A stretch of 61,509 bases of DNA, counting the filler, from Choristocarpus tenellus KU-1152 (Eukaryota; Protista; Phaeophyceae), in assembly GCA_964200185.2 (NCBI GenBank). It is 10 parts of 10 records of this genome, joined end to end, with 100 filler letters (N's around TTAATTAATTAA, not from the genome) between each part and the next. Parts side by side here need not be neighbours in the genome. Positions count along the whole stretch, not along the records: positions 28,703 to 39,133 come from CAXNAD020002936.1; positions 39,234 to 44,357 come from CAXNAD020011792.1; positions 44,458 to 48,440 come from CAXNAD020016805.1; positions 48,541 to 61,509 come from CAXNAD020001628.1; 6 more parts are not named here. The stretch is one strand, 5' to 3'. Positions 37,700-49,018 of this stretch are shown piece after piece (positions within the stretch are counted from its first letter, which is position 1; each line of letters begins with the position of its first letter). The translations under genes were made by a program, and so were the position numbers. The notes beneath the pieces are model-generated. The model saw nothing but the letters and a program-made list of their open reading frames with translations. It was not told where the DNA came from and ran no database searches.

Positions 37700-38040
37700 G
37701 AATTGAGTCACCATCTGTTCAAGGCATCTGACCAATCCCACGAGTGTATTTCATAAATAGTTCTTTTTTGAACCTGACGTGGAATATACTATGTAGGAAC
37801 CAGCAAGTCTACTCACAAATTATCAAATATTATTACTATGTAGAGGTACGTTAACTGCAATGACTCAGAGCAACATCTGTTGTGGATTGGTTGGAAGTCA
37901 CTAGTCCTCATCCTCGTCAGATCGTAAGACATGCGTCATTGAAAATATGAAAAATACTTTGAATTTTTATTAATCGTAGGCAGGATGCAAACCAATCTAC
38001 GAAGTACGCATATACTTACCTTGGACTGGTGAAACGTCAA
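37700..38040 (-). promoter_or_regulatory. Putative upstream regulatory region of the bZIP gene with clustered AP-1/CRE-like and CCAAT motifs
   Basis: TGAGTCA 37704, TGACGTGG 37775, TGACTCA 37861, CGTCA 37915, TGCGTCA 37932, ACGTCA 38034; CCAAT/ATTGG at ~37732, 37886 and 37992. Confidence 0.45.
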
Positions 38041-40486
38041 CGAAATATAATTATTGTCTTACTCAAACTGACTTTTTTGGAGGTTATACATATATATTTG
38101 TAGTTAATGCGCACGAATATTTTTTAACATTATAGAAAGTTGATGAAGTTACAGTTGAAGGAGGGTTTGAATTTGCAGGGGTACTGGGGGTTTTTTGTAG
38201 TGGTATTCTAGATTTTTGAACCATCTTTTGTAACATTTAGAGTGGAACGACAAACAAAATATTAGGCATTTATCGGATCGCCAAATTAAGAAATCCCTTC
38301 CATTTACCACACCAGTCACAATTATTTAACATGTCCCAGTCCGTATTGAACCAGTCCACAATATCCGCAGGTTAGACCAGGTCAAACGTTCTTTGGCATG
38401 TATGTGCGGAACATATCGTACGGATCCATGTCTCCCAGCTGACCAGTCTAACTTTTTCCTTGCATATCAGGACCATGTTCGCCCATCAGTTCATTTTTTT
38501 TCTGTTATATCCGGACCACGTCCACGACGTGTTATACAAGTCCAACTGTCCGGACCATGACCACGCATCAGTTCAATTTGTTTCTGATATGTCTGGATCA
38601 CGTCCACTACGTGTTATACAAGTCCAACTCTCAATTTCGTTTGCCCTTTCCATGCAAACAATAAAAATGTGTGCAACATATTGAAGGCTATTTTATACTC
38701 CAATATGTGGATATAGATAGTACTATTTCAAATCATCTCTGAACTTTCTTGGTTTGAAATCATGAGGGACATCAGATTATAAGTACGTGCAGTGAGAATG
38801 TCAGAAGATATATATATATAGATAGATTTTTTATTTGCACACTTACTTAATATTGGCATACTTGACCATTGATGAACCATTGCCTTTATCTATTCTACAT
38901 GAAATCCTCATCAGGTCAGGCTCAACAATATTAACGTAAGTAGTGAATTATTTTCAGTTAAAGAAAAATGTAATCAACAGGTGTTTTTTCTGGTGTCATG
39001 CAATTAATCCAAAAAGCAAAAGTGTTGCAATTCTAATAACGTTCAAAATATGATTTATTCTAGAAGTACTTAACCTGACACTTTTTTCTGGTACATACAC
39101 ACTTTCACATGAGACCCAAAGTATCTGGGGGGGNNNNNNNNNNNNNNNNNNNNNNNNNNNNNNNNNNNNNNNNNNNNTTAATTAATTAANNNNNNNNNNN
39201 NNNNNNNNNNNNNNNNNNNNNNNNNNNNNNNNNATAAATATTTGTAACTAGTGGAAGAAGACGTATGTATGTATGTATTGTATAATACAATATGTAGCGT
39301 ACCATACATGTAAGCATGCCAAACCGTTACCGGCTCCCCCCCCCGGGGGGGCCCGTCTGTTCTTGCACCTTTGGCTCGGTCGAGGCCGCTTCCAAATCGT
39401 AGTGGTGCCCTCCACAAGCACCGAAGTATTTTTACCAAAATATATATCCCATTCGTCGCGGGGCCCTTCAAAAGTGTCGCAACATTTACAAAAATGAACA
39501 TATGGGCACTTCCGCACACCATTTTGGGTCAAACTCATCCTCCATAGTATGCTCCATCCTCAATTTTGGTGATCGACTATTATTATATGCCTTTCTTTAA
39601 ACTAGGAGCTTTGACTAATTGGGGCGAGAGCTGCTGAACGGGTAACTCCATGAGGAGTACATTTTGGTTTCTCAACATCTCTCATTTGAATTTACTGCAG
39701 GCGAACAGAAGAGAGCAGGACTTACGGTAGAACAAACGAGGGAAAGTATCATAGAGGATACGAATTTTGCCCTGTTTGTCCATTTGGGACTTGGCCTTCC
39801 AGGGGTTTTATCACATTTTCCTACTCCGAAATGTTTCAGAGTAGGTACAATATATACACTATGAAGGATGTGTCCAGAACAAGGATATTGACATCTCCTA
39901 ACAACCATGATTGCCAAAATTACATCAAAATCGCAACATTGGATTTTGTCCCCCAAACGGACGCGGCTCTCCCCTCTAAGATTCTTTGACTCAAATCCGG
40001 ATTCTCTTCCAGAGATACGTACACACATTGATCCTGCTTATATACAATGGGATTTCCAAGGCACTATCAGACATAACACACATTCTCTATCAGGATGCCG
40101 TTCTGTTTTCAGTGGTCTTCTACGCTCCCGAAGGGGAGATGAGGTTGGATTCTGATCCAACGAGTTCTACAATTATCAAATCGCAGGGAACTCGAAAATT
40201 CCGAGGTTGGACAAGTCATGAGAGCAGTAGCACATGATCATCACCCCACCTTATGACAATGATAACCAAGAATTCCTCCCCATACCAGTTGTTGGCCTCT
40301 ACGTTTCAGCAGCAACAACTGGATGGGATAGTCAAAAACATACCTCATCCCGCAGGGTGACTCCGCCAGAAGGACCACTCCTGCTTTGCCAAGAGGAGAC
40401 CTTCCATTGACAGCTGCCGTGATGATGACAGCCCTCACAAGGTGCTCAAGTAAGTATGTGTCAACATCTGTCCATGCACTCGTTCA

Positions 40487-40672
40487 GACCCAAAGTATCG
40501 GGGGGGAGGGGAGGGGGGGGGGTCTACACCAGGGTGTCCATTTAGGTCAAAATCAAGAAAAGTGCATTTACATCATCATATCCGACGTATGCAACCAAAT
40601 CACCCAAAAATGGCGACATGAAAATTTTGACCCCAAATGGACAGCCACCCCCCCCCCCAGATACTTTGAGCC
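40487..40672 (+). mobile_element. MITE copy D, TSD TCA
   Basis: tca|GACCCAAAGTATCGGGGGG...CCCCAGATACTTTGAGCC|tca. Confidence 0.93.
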
Positions 40673-41811
40673 TCAGGGCAGGGGGGGCCATATCTCAACC
40701 CTTATCTGAAGTACATATATCAGCAATAATGCAAAGAGCTTTTTGAAAGAACCCCGGTACAGTGGGAAGATATATCAACCTAGTGGAAGTAGACAATCCA
40801 GGTCCAGACGCCATTGGTCACATTCGTGGCATTAGTGGGTGGGGTACAATTCAAAGAGATCAACAATTTCCACTTCGCAAACAGATTATTAATCCTTCCT
40901 TGGTCAGCTTTTTAATATATATATATGAAAACATAGTTCATTCCATTGCTTAAAAATAATAGAATGTAAGAAACACACACACAGTGCCACATCTGCCTTC
41001 CTTCTCTTTCTTAGGAGATGGATCCCTCCACGGCAGGGGACGATAGTAAATCATCCAGACACATCTTAGAGACAATGGCCGATATGAATACAGCAGTATC
41101 TATGTATTCTGAAGAAAGAAGTCAAAATCCCAGCTTGCAGGTGCCTTCCAAGTATGTATGAAGAAGCACATGCATACTTGACACAGAAGGAATTCATTCG
41201 TTAACACAATTCAGACATTATGGCGATGTGTACACTTGCTGAAACGGTATCCATCCACAGGATGAGTCAGAGTGGGGGGTGGTCGACATCAGGTTCCTCG
41301 TTAAGAGCAGGTAGCCTTGTTGTACATTTCAATACTAGTAATCTTTCAAACACCCCTCTAGCTCGGGTCAAAATGGAGAGGCCTTCCATATGATATATGT
41401 TACAATCTAGTAGGTGAACACAACTTAGTACGACATATTGGCGCCTATGGTCTACAATACGACTCTGTCCCTCCATTACTTAGGTCATTTTGTTTTAGCG
41501 AGTATACCCATCGTGACAATTGTTCTAATCATATCCTTTAGACTGGTTGGCAAACGTGACGAATCTGTCACCCTCGCTAAGATATTGACGTTTCAGAACA
41601 ATTAGTCAGATACCATTTGAAACAGATTGTTATGCCTACTCACGAAAACAGTGTTCTGAATTGTGTTAAACGACAAATAACCCAGAATGACATTCGAGAG
41701 ATGAGTGAATCCTTAAGACTCGAGAATTCAATTGAAGTGCAGACATTGTGACCACAGTTGGTCTACCGGCGAATGGGCTCTCTGTTTAAGGATCTCTGAG
41801 GGGATAATGCG

Positions 41812-43856
41812 TGTCACAAGAGTATGTTTCCTTTGATTATGTATTAAGATTCTGATTGTTTATTACAACCATCAACGTTTGGCCGCTACACTAGACTGGG
41901 GTACAAGGGCAAGAGTGGGGCAAAGACTCACCGCCCAGTCCACATGTGCAAATTGATCCACTTGCTCTCGTGCGCAAAATATAATAAAACTGGTGGAATT
42001 ACAAAACGTATCTATGATAAACTTGCTTACCACTCAGTACCACTAGTGAATTGTTGTTTAATGTTACTTCCAACTGCATTTGCACCTCCACATGTGGAGT
42101 CCATGTGTGTGCCCCAACACCTATTACCAACACCCTCCCTTGCTGTGACATAATTGTGCAACATGCTATCCATAACCCTCTTGCATCTCCTATAACTAAT
42201 TAGTAAACATTCGTAATCAACATCTCAGGTGGTTGGTCACAGGTAGGGGTTGGCTCACGACTCCTCTCAGCAGTGCAGGTTGAGTCCTCCTTGTTTCATA
42301 TGTACCACTGGGTTGTTGTGTGTTGTAATTGGCAAGTTGCTAATGTCTATCCTCTGCTCCAGTCTTTCAATCCTACAAACAGTGCACGCTTGAGAATTAG
42401 GACCGGTACCAGATGGACATTCAGATTCTTCATGTCCAAGGCCAGTATAAATACCACTGTGCAGATATAGTCTGCCATTTTTGTAATCATGGAGGGAGGA
42501 AGAAAAATTATATAAGCCTCACATGATTCCCTTAATATATATATATAATTTAATGATCATTGTGTCGAATACTTTCCGTTACGTATTACTGTAATTTTCG
42601 TGTCGTATACTGCACAGCTGCATCTACAGGCATCTAAACCCTGTCATTCTCTTCGTGTAAGGACAATTCCGTCTCATGTGACCCGTTTTACCCCATCTAT
42701 ATCACATTCTGTATCATCATGTGGCTTCTTGCTTACAACTTTTGCGTGACTAATACCAAACTTCACCCCTTTTCCCTCCCTGGCTCGGGGGCCCTCATAT
42801 CTTGATCTCTGATCATGCCGCTCACTTTCTACAGAGATCTATTCTCCCCACTACGTTCAATGACGACCACTGCCAAAGATTAACACTCTGGCAACTTGAC
42901 CGGGATCTCAGAAACAAGTTCCGGATCTGAAGTCTCAATCTCAAGGAAAGCGAGGCGCAAAACTATCCTTTCCATCTTGATCAAGAAGGGAACCAGATCC
43001 TTGTCCCGAAGCATTAATCTATCCTTCTCGATCTGCGCCTTCCTCCTCTCCTACCTTGTTTGGGGAATGTATTCAACCATCCAGTCTGCCTAACTGCCAC
43101 TCAGTGACCCCAGTCTGTGTAAAATCAAAGCTGAGTGATCGCGCAACATCTGTGTCTGTAGAGACCAGGCCTTCTCTGCCATTAGGTCTTTCTCGGTACT
43201 CTCCATCTATAAATAAGTAACAGGTTCTGCCGCAGCAGATACCCGTCCCGCCATTCTTTGTTCCCACAAGACTTTACGGGGAACGTGCAACTTCCCCTCG
43301 GTGGGGTGTCCACCCTAGTGTATCGCGCCCTAACATCCTTCTGAACCTGTATGCAATCTGAGAAACTCCGCCCCGTACTGAATCACTGGACCATACAGTG
43401 CTTCTGCATAGCCCCTCACCCTGGGGGGTGGTTTGACTTGGTGGAAAGACTGTCTCAAGTCTCCAGACCCATCAAATTGAGGGAAATTTTAGCCCTCCTT
43501 GACACCTCCACCATTGCAGTCCACGACTCCAACTTCAAACTTTAGATTCACCTCCAGTGCTCTTGTTCTCCCCAAGAAGACCTCACACAACAACAGAAAC
43601 TTTGGGTTTGCTATGACGTGATTGAGAATCTATATGTGAAGACGATGTGTCACAATAGTATGTTTCCTTTGAGATTGTGAATTAGATTTGGAGTATGTAC
43701 GCCACCATCGATGTTTGGGCTCTACACTATTAGATTGAGGTACAAGGGTAAGGGCGGTGCAACGGCTCACCACTTAGTGCACACATGTGTATTGAGATCC
43801 CCTTTTGTATTTGTACCAGAAACAACAAAGAATATAATATAGCTGGTGGGATCACA
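41812..43856 (-). mobile_element. Old internally deleted Copia-like element: diverged LTR-like direct repeats (41812-42003, 43648-43856) around a gag remnant (~42850-43260)
   Basis: Both repeats run TGTCACAA.AGTATGTTTCCTTTGA...CTGGTGG.AT.ACA (TG...CA). The minus strand between them reads AEKAWSL...GSLSGS*ADWMVEYIPQTR*...DLVPFLIKMERIVLRL...KLPEC*, a UBN2/Copia gag pattern. Confidence 0.65.
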
Positions 43857-44194
43857 ACTCGTATGATGCGCACTGGGGAGGTAGGCCTTCTCCCAGTCTT
43901 GGGCAACAACACGAAGTGGAATATTTCGCACCTCATTTTCGATCCATTTTCCGAACTATTTAACGCGTTTATGGGTGCGTTTTTAAGACAATTTCATATA
44001 TCTTAACGATGTTTCTAGGACATTTGGTCATCATGTTCTTGGCGATGTTTTCGGGCATGATTAGACTACTGAAGTGCACAAGGGAGCCTCCTTGTCTTCG
44101 AGAGCCCCCACTGGATCCCCACTGTCATACTGTTTAACTTCTTCAAATAAAGCTTCGGGAAATTTTCACAAACAAGGTTTTGGTTAGAACAGCA

Positions 44195-44357
44195 GATTTC
44201 AAAAATTGAGGATGGAGCTTTTCGTTGAGGATGAGCTAACCCAAAATTGACTGGGATAAAGTGTCGATATGTTTTTTTTGTATTGTTTTAAAAAAATATA
44301 TATATCGACACTTTATCCCAGTCAATTTGGGGTCAAGCCCATCCTCAATGAAAAGCT
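44195..44357. mobile_element. Palindromic (foldback) element of a second TIR family; related end at 39521-39574
   Basis: AGCTTTTCGTTGAGGATG...ACTGGGATAAAGTGTCGATAT pairs with ATATCGACACTTTATCCCAGT...CATCCTCAATGAAAAGCT; GCTCCATCCTCAATTTT is also present at 39551. Confidence 0.8.
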
Positions 44358-46698
44358 NNNNNNNNNNNNNNNNNNNNNNNNNNNNNNNNNNNNNNNNNNN
44401 NTTAATTAATTAANNNNNNNNNNNNNNNNNNNNNNNNNNNNNNNNNNNNNNNNNNNNCCCCCCCCAGATACTTTGACCCAGGGGGTAAGGAAATTGTGGA
44501 CCGATTGTATCCCATGGCCCATTGTGATACATGCATGCAGTGTTCTGTTGGTGATGCGAATATTGTTGATTCTCGTACCATGTACCATGTATCCTGTAAC
44601 TTTTCTCGTATACATTGGCTTGTGTAGTAGCAAAGGTGATTGCATCGAACTATTTCTTGTACTGCATCCTGTTATTCTGCTCTTCTACCCTTTGTGTGTG
44701 TACCCCTTTCCCCTCCCTTAAGGACAATTTTTTCCTCTCAGAACCATGGGGAGCCCAGTCTTAATTATAGAAACCCGCTGTTCCTTTCTTAGCATAATCT
44801 TGATTAGGTGCAGTAATTATACGCTTCAAGCTATTCTACTTAATAGTGATCCAGAGTAGAGAAATGGAAAATATGCAAACAAACAATGGGAGGGAGATTC
44901 CTCTACCTATAAGACCACTATATTCTACCTATCTTGAGGAGCATGGAATCCATCATAACTGTCTCACACAACATATACGTCGTACAAAATCTAATCTGAT
45001 GGTCGATAGTGTTCTGCTGCAGAATCAGGGTGTAATCCAGGTAATTCCTGTTAAGAAGCGTTCACTACAACAAGCAAACATAGTTGATGTGTTTAGTTCT
45101 ACCCCATGCTGTCCGTTAAGTTGTACACTCAACTGCTTGTATGTATTTTCGCATGTTGTTGCAAATTACTAATGTCAATTAGAGGAACACAACGGAGTAA
45201 GCAAGCACTCCTTATTCTTTTGTTTCTCCAATTACTCTCTAGGTGCTGGTATATTGCCCTTACTACGTACACAGGTACAACAACAGTTAGTTGCAGGCCT
45301 TGACCAGTTTTGTGCCAAGGTATGTGTGTCAATTCCTTCAGAGTATGGATGAAAAATATCTTATCTTTCTTAATTTAAATGGTTAATGTTAATTAAGTTT
45401 TTTAGTGTTAGTACCTGTCATTAGAAAAAAAAATAGTGGATATTTGGTATTTGTAACTGTCAGATACCCACACGTTCCCCTTACCTATCTATAGTCTCAT
45501 ATTTTTATACATTATGAGACCATATTCTGTAGAGTACCAAATGTATGGTCTAAATGTGTAAGTGCAGACTAAGTCAACTACTCTCGAGGGATGCTACTGG
45601 GTGTGTCAAAAACTGCAGGTACCATTCTGAAAAGGTGAAGAAATTGTGTTAAGACATCAAGGATCTTGTATCCCCAAGCTCAAGAGGTGTGTTCGCATAG
45701 GGACATGTGTCGTAGTGCTTTATACAATCATTGTTGCTATCAGTATGCATGATAGTGTGACTAGAATGATTCATGAGCGATGGATAGGAATGGTAGAATA
45801 TTGTGATGTTCGAGTTGTAGGAAATATATTGTTTGGTAGTTTCTAAGATCGTTTGCTAGGATGATTATGGAGGGTAGGACAACACCCCCTTTTGTAGGTA
45901 ATGAGTAACTCTTGACTGTAAATCAACAAAGCATATTCCACATCATATTTGTGGTGAGGCAGTACTCTCTCGTAGAGTGCGAACAGTGCGAAGAGGAACA
46001 ACAGGTATTGGTTAGTGTATTCAGGTGTCTTGGTTGTCTTTCGTCTGAACCGTGTACGAAGAAATATTACTGATAGCTCTGAGCGCTACAGAACTTTGTA
46101 ATTGTTGTGATAATTTGTTTGATGTTACAGAATTATCTCCAGAACTTTTCTGTCCTACCCTTCCTCCCAGGACTCTCATGATTTCTTCCACCATATTAAC
46201 CAAATTTTTGTGCGTTTGACACAAAATTATATATTATATACTCCCTCAATCCCTCAAGTCTGCGACATAATGGATTTTCACTTTTTGTTTTGGTTGTTTC
46301 TCTATGAATACGAAGGCTTTATTAGAAGTGATGTGTAGAAAATTGAACCTCTGGATTCAAAGGGAATTTTTGGTTTTCGCATTTTGCTCCGAAATAGTTC
46401 TGAATTGGTTCCAAGAAGTGGACCATAAAAACGGTTCCTCAGGCGCAATTTTCAGTGACAGGGGTGACCTGGGGACGGGTACAACACCCCCCATCGCCAC
46501 ACAGCATCTCAGCACCTCGCCAAGAGCCGTGCGACTCTCGCTTAGCCTCAGGATCATCTGCGACGCAGGTCTCGTCGCCAATATGACCACTCCGACAAGT
46601 CCGCTGTCTTTCGCCAGGAGTCCATCGGCCAGGGGTAAAAAATGCGACCTCAGCAAGGAAGGTCGAAACAGGTTGGACATATGACACACTTCAGCACT

Positions 46699-46888
46699 GG
46701 GTCAAAGTATCTGGGGGGCGGGGTGGTTAGTGAGGGGACATCCATTTCAGTCCGGACGAATTGCTCAAAAATAATATAATTCGTCATCTGCAACTGAAGA
46801 CAGCAATTTTATGCTTTTTGAGCAATTCGTCCGAACTAAAATAGACGCCCCCTCACAAACCACCCCCCCCCCCCAGATACTTTGACCC
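46699..46888. mobile_element. Near-fully palindromic MITE with the same G-tract TIR but a different interior
   Basis: GGGTCAAAGTATCTGGGGGG...CGGACGAATTGCTCAAAAA / TTTTTGAGCAATTCGTCCG...CCCCCAGATACTTTGACCC; no clean TSD. Confidence 0.88.
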
Positions 46889-47499
46889 AGCCACCGTCCT
46901 CTTATGATGTGTTTTGGACTAAAATGCCTTTAGGATCTACGCTTGGCGCTTGAGTGGGTGTAGACTACATTATTATGGCTTAGGGAACTTGCCGTTGGGT
47001 TCAAGATTTGGAGCCGGCGTGGTTGCCGCTGCTTGGTTTGGGTGTGGAAGATAGTTTATCTGTTGCGGAAATCTCGACTTGTGCTGAAGGTGGTGGTATG
47101 GAGTACGAGGTGCTTGTGGGTCAACGTACTTCTAGTAAGGTTTCTGTCAATTGCTCTGTGGTTCGATCAACGCAAAGAGGGGAGGAAAAAGGATTAGGGC
47201 ATGGCAGTAAAAGCATTTAGGGATGGTGGCAGAATGCACTAATGGAGATGAAATCTAGGTTGCCACCTGGCCAATAAAAACATGCGTATGAGGACACATA
47301 AATACAAACTCTTCGGGAAGATAATAAATTCAATATACCAAATGCGTAAGTTCGTTGATTTAGAGAACGTCCGATCTCTCCATCATAACATGTCTGTCGA
47401 GGCATTTGTCGGGCTGGCGAAGTAGAGGGTGACTCACGAACAGAAATTGGCCTATGTTGCTCCTCAAAGCCGGTCTCTCGGCAGTATGGTGGCAGTCTA

Positions 47500-48330
47500 G
47501 GACTTGTCCAGAACCAGGCCCGTGTAGGAGCGTCTTGGCCAATACTGTAGTGTTGGACAAGAAGCTGGATAATTTGGCAAATCACTATTCTCCCGTTTGA
47601 CCTCGTAGGGGTAGCTGACTCGCTCCTCTCTAACTTTCACCGTACAGTGGGGCTGGTACTTGGTCACGGTCCCTCGCATCCACTGATCATCCTATCTGAA
47701 GTAGAGTCCCCTGCCCTTGGCCCTGGCAGTGAGTGTTTCTCCCTCATCTAAATCTGGCACAAATCTCAGTGTCGGTTCAAGGAGTATATATTTCTATGTA
47801 TCCTTCTACATGTCCCTACACTTCCGCTGGTGTCAACAATTGATCGACGGCATTGCCTAACACACAGGGCTGCAGCGTCGTCACTGTCCCACTTGTTCGT
47901 CTCTCTCGAAGTTGGTTGACACGCTCCTCGATCTCGTCCTCTGTCATGTATGACCCCAGTTGAGGGGGCAAAGATTTTTCGCCATCGTCCGCGAGGTAGG
48001 ACACTGAGTAAATGTTCGCCACTGAACCATCTACCTGAACATCGCTGACCTTCCCCTGTATGATGGCCGCCCCACTCACGCGTAGGATGAAGCTGGTTCC
48101 TCGACCGAACCTGTCGTCGGATGTGTCCCCAAGTCTGAGTTGCCTAGAGAAGTGAGCAAGTATCCCACCGAGGGATTGCCGGTTGGATTCCGAGGTGAAC
48201 CTTGGATATTGACCAGGCAGGATCGTGAATGTGTTGTCCAGGTGGTTGTGGTCGATGTCTGTGAAGTCTGGGATGATGACAGCCCGAAGGGGCACGACAC
48301 AGGGACCCGGTTGTGCGTCCTGCATCACCA
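47500..48330 (-). pseudogene. Decayed coding sequence of unknown function with two Tudor/SH3-barrel-like segments, probably TE-derived
   Basis: IIQGKVSDV...IYSVSY and KGRGLYFR*DDQWMRGTVTKY...YPYEVK; internal stops; the upstream end abuts a MITE. Confidence 0.3.
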
Positions 48331-48371
48331 CAAATATGTTCGTTGCAGGGGCTGTGTTGGTGTGTAGGATT

Positions 48372-48585
48372 GGCTCAAAGTATCTGGGAGGGGGTGGCGG
48401 CTGTCCATTTGGGGTCAAATTTTGTATGTCGCGATTTTTGNNNNNNNNNNNNNNNNNNNNNNNNNNNNNNNNNNNNNNNNNNNNTTAATTAATTAANNNN
48501 NNNNNNNNNNNNNNNNNNNNNNNNNNNNNNNNNNNNNNNNTGACACCCTGGTGTAGACCCCCCCCCCTCCCAGATACTTTGGGTC
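48372..48585 (-). mobile_element. MITE halves on either side of a spacer (48372-48440, 48541-48585)
   Basis: Left and right portions of the family consensus, in the same orientation and order. Confidence 0.85.
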
Positions 48586-49018
48586 AGTTTTATGGAGTAA
48601 GAAAGTGTCATAAAAAAAAACATGGGAAGCCAAGCCCCAGACGGACAAACAGGGCAAAACTCGTACCCTCTAAGATGCTTCCACTCAGCCGACCATGTCA
48701 ATTCATTCAATTGAATAAGGATAAAAGGACTATGGCCGCGGAAATATTGTTTGGTAGATACATATATAATTGATACATTTACTGTGTGTATGCAAGCTGT
48801 GTGATTCGCTTTGAAAATCCTGGCAGCCACCTTACGATGCTCAGCACTTTACCCAGCTTGCTTCGTGCACATGCACGCTTCAACCTGATTGCGTCAATTG
48901 AATTGATTTGAATTGAAGTTTTTAAACCAACACGAGCTCGGGCAATTTTCGTTGACTCCACTCGGTGTACATGGTGCACGACTATTCTTCCCATTGTTAT
49001 TGCTACGGGGACCTCACC

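Noticed and set aside
39600-41800. Decayed coding-like sequence, including a possible Copia RNase H end (ADIVT near 41740)
   Set aside because: Motifs are too degenerate to assign a family with confidence.
46304-46689. GC-rich overlapping ORFs next to the palindromic MITE
   Set aside because: No domain or supported splice structure; the coding frame cannot be chosen.
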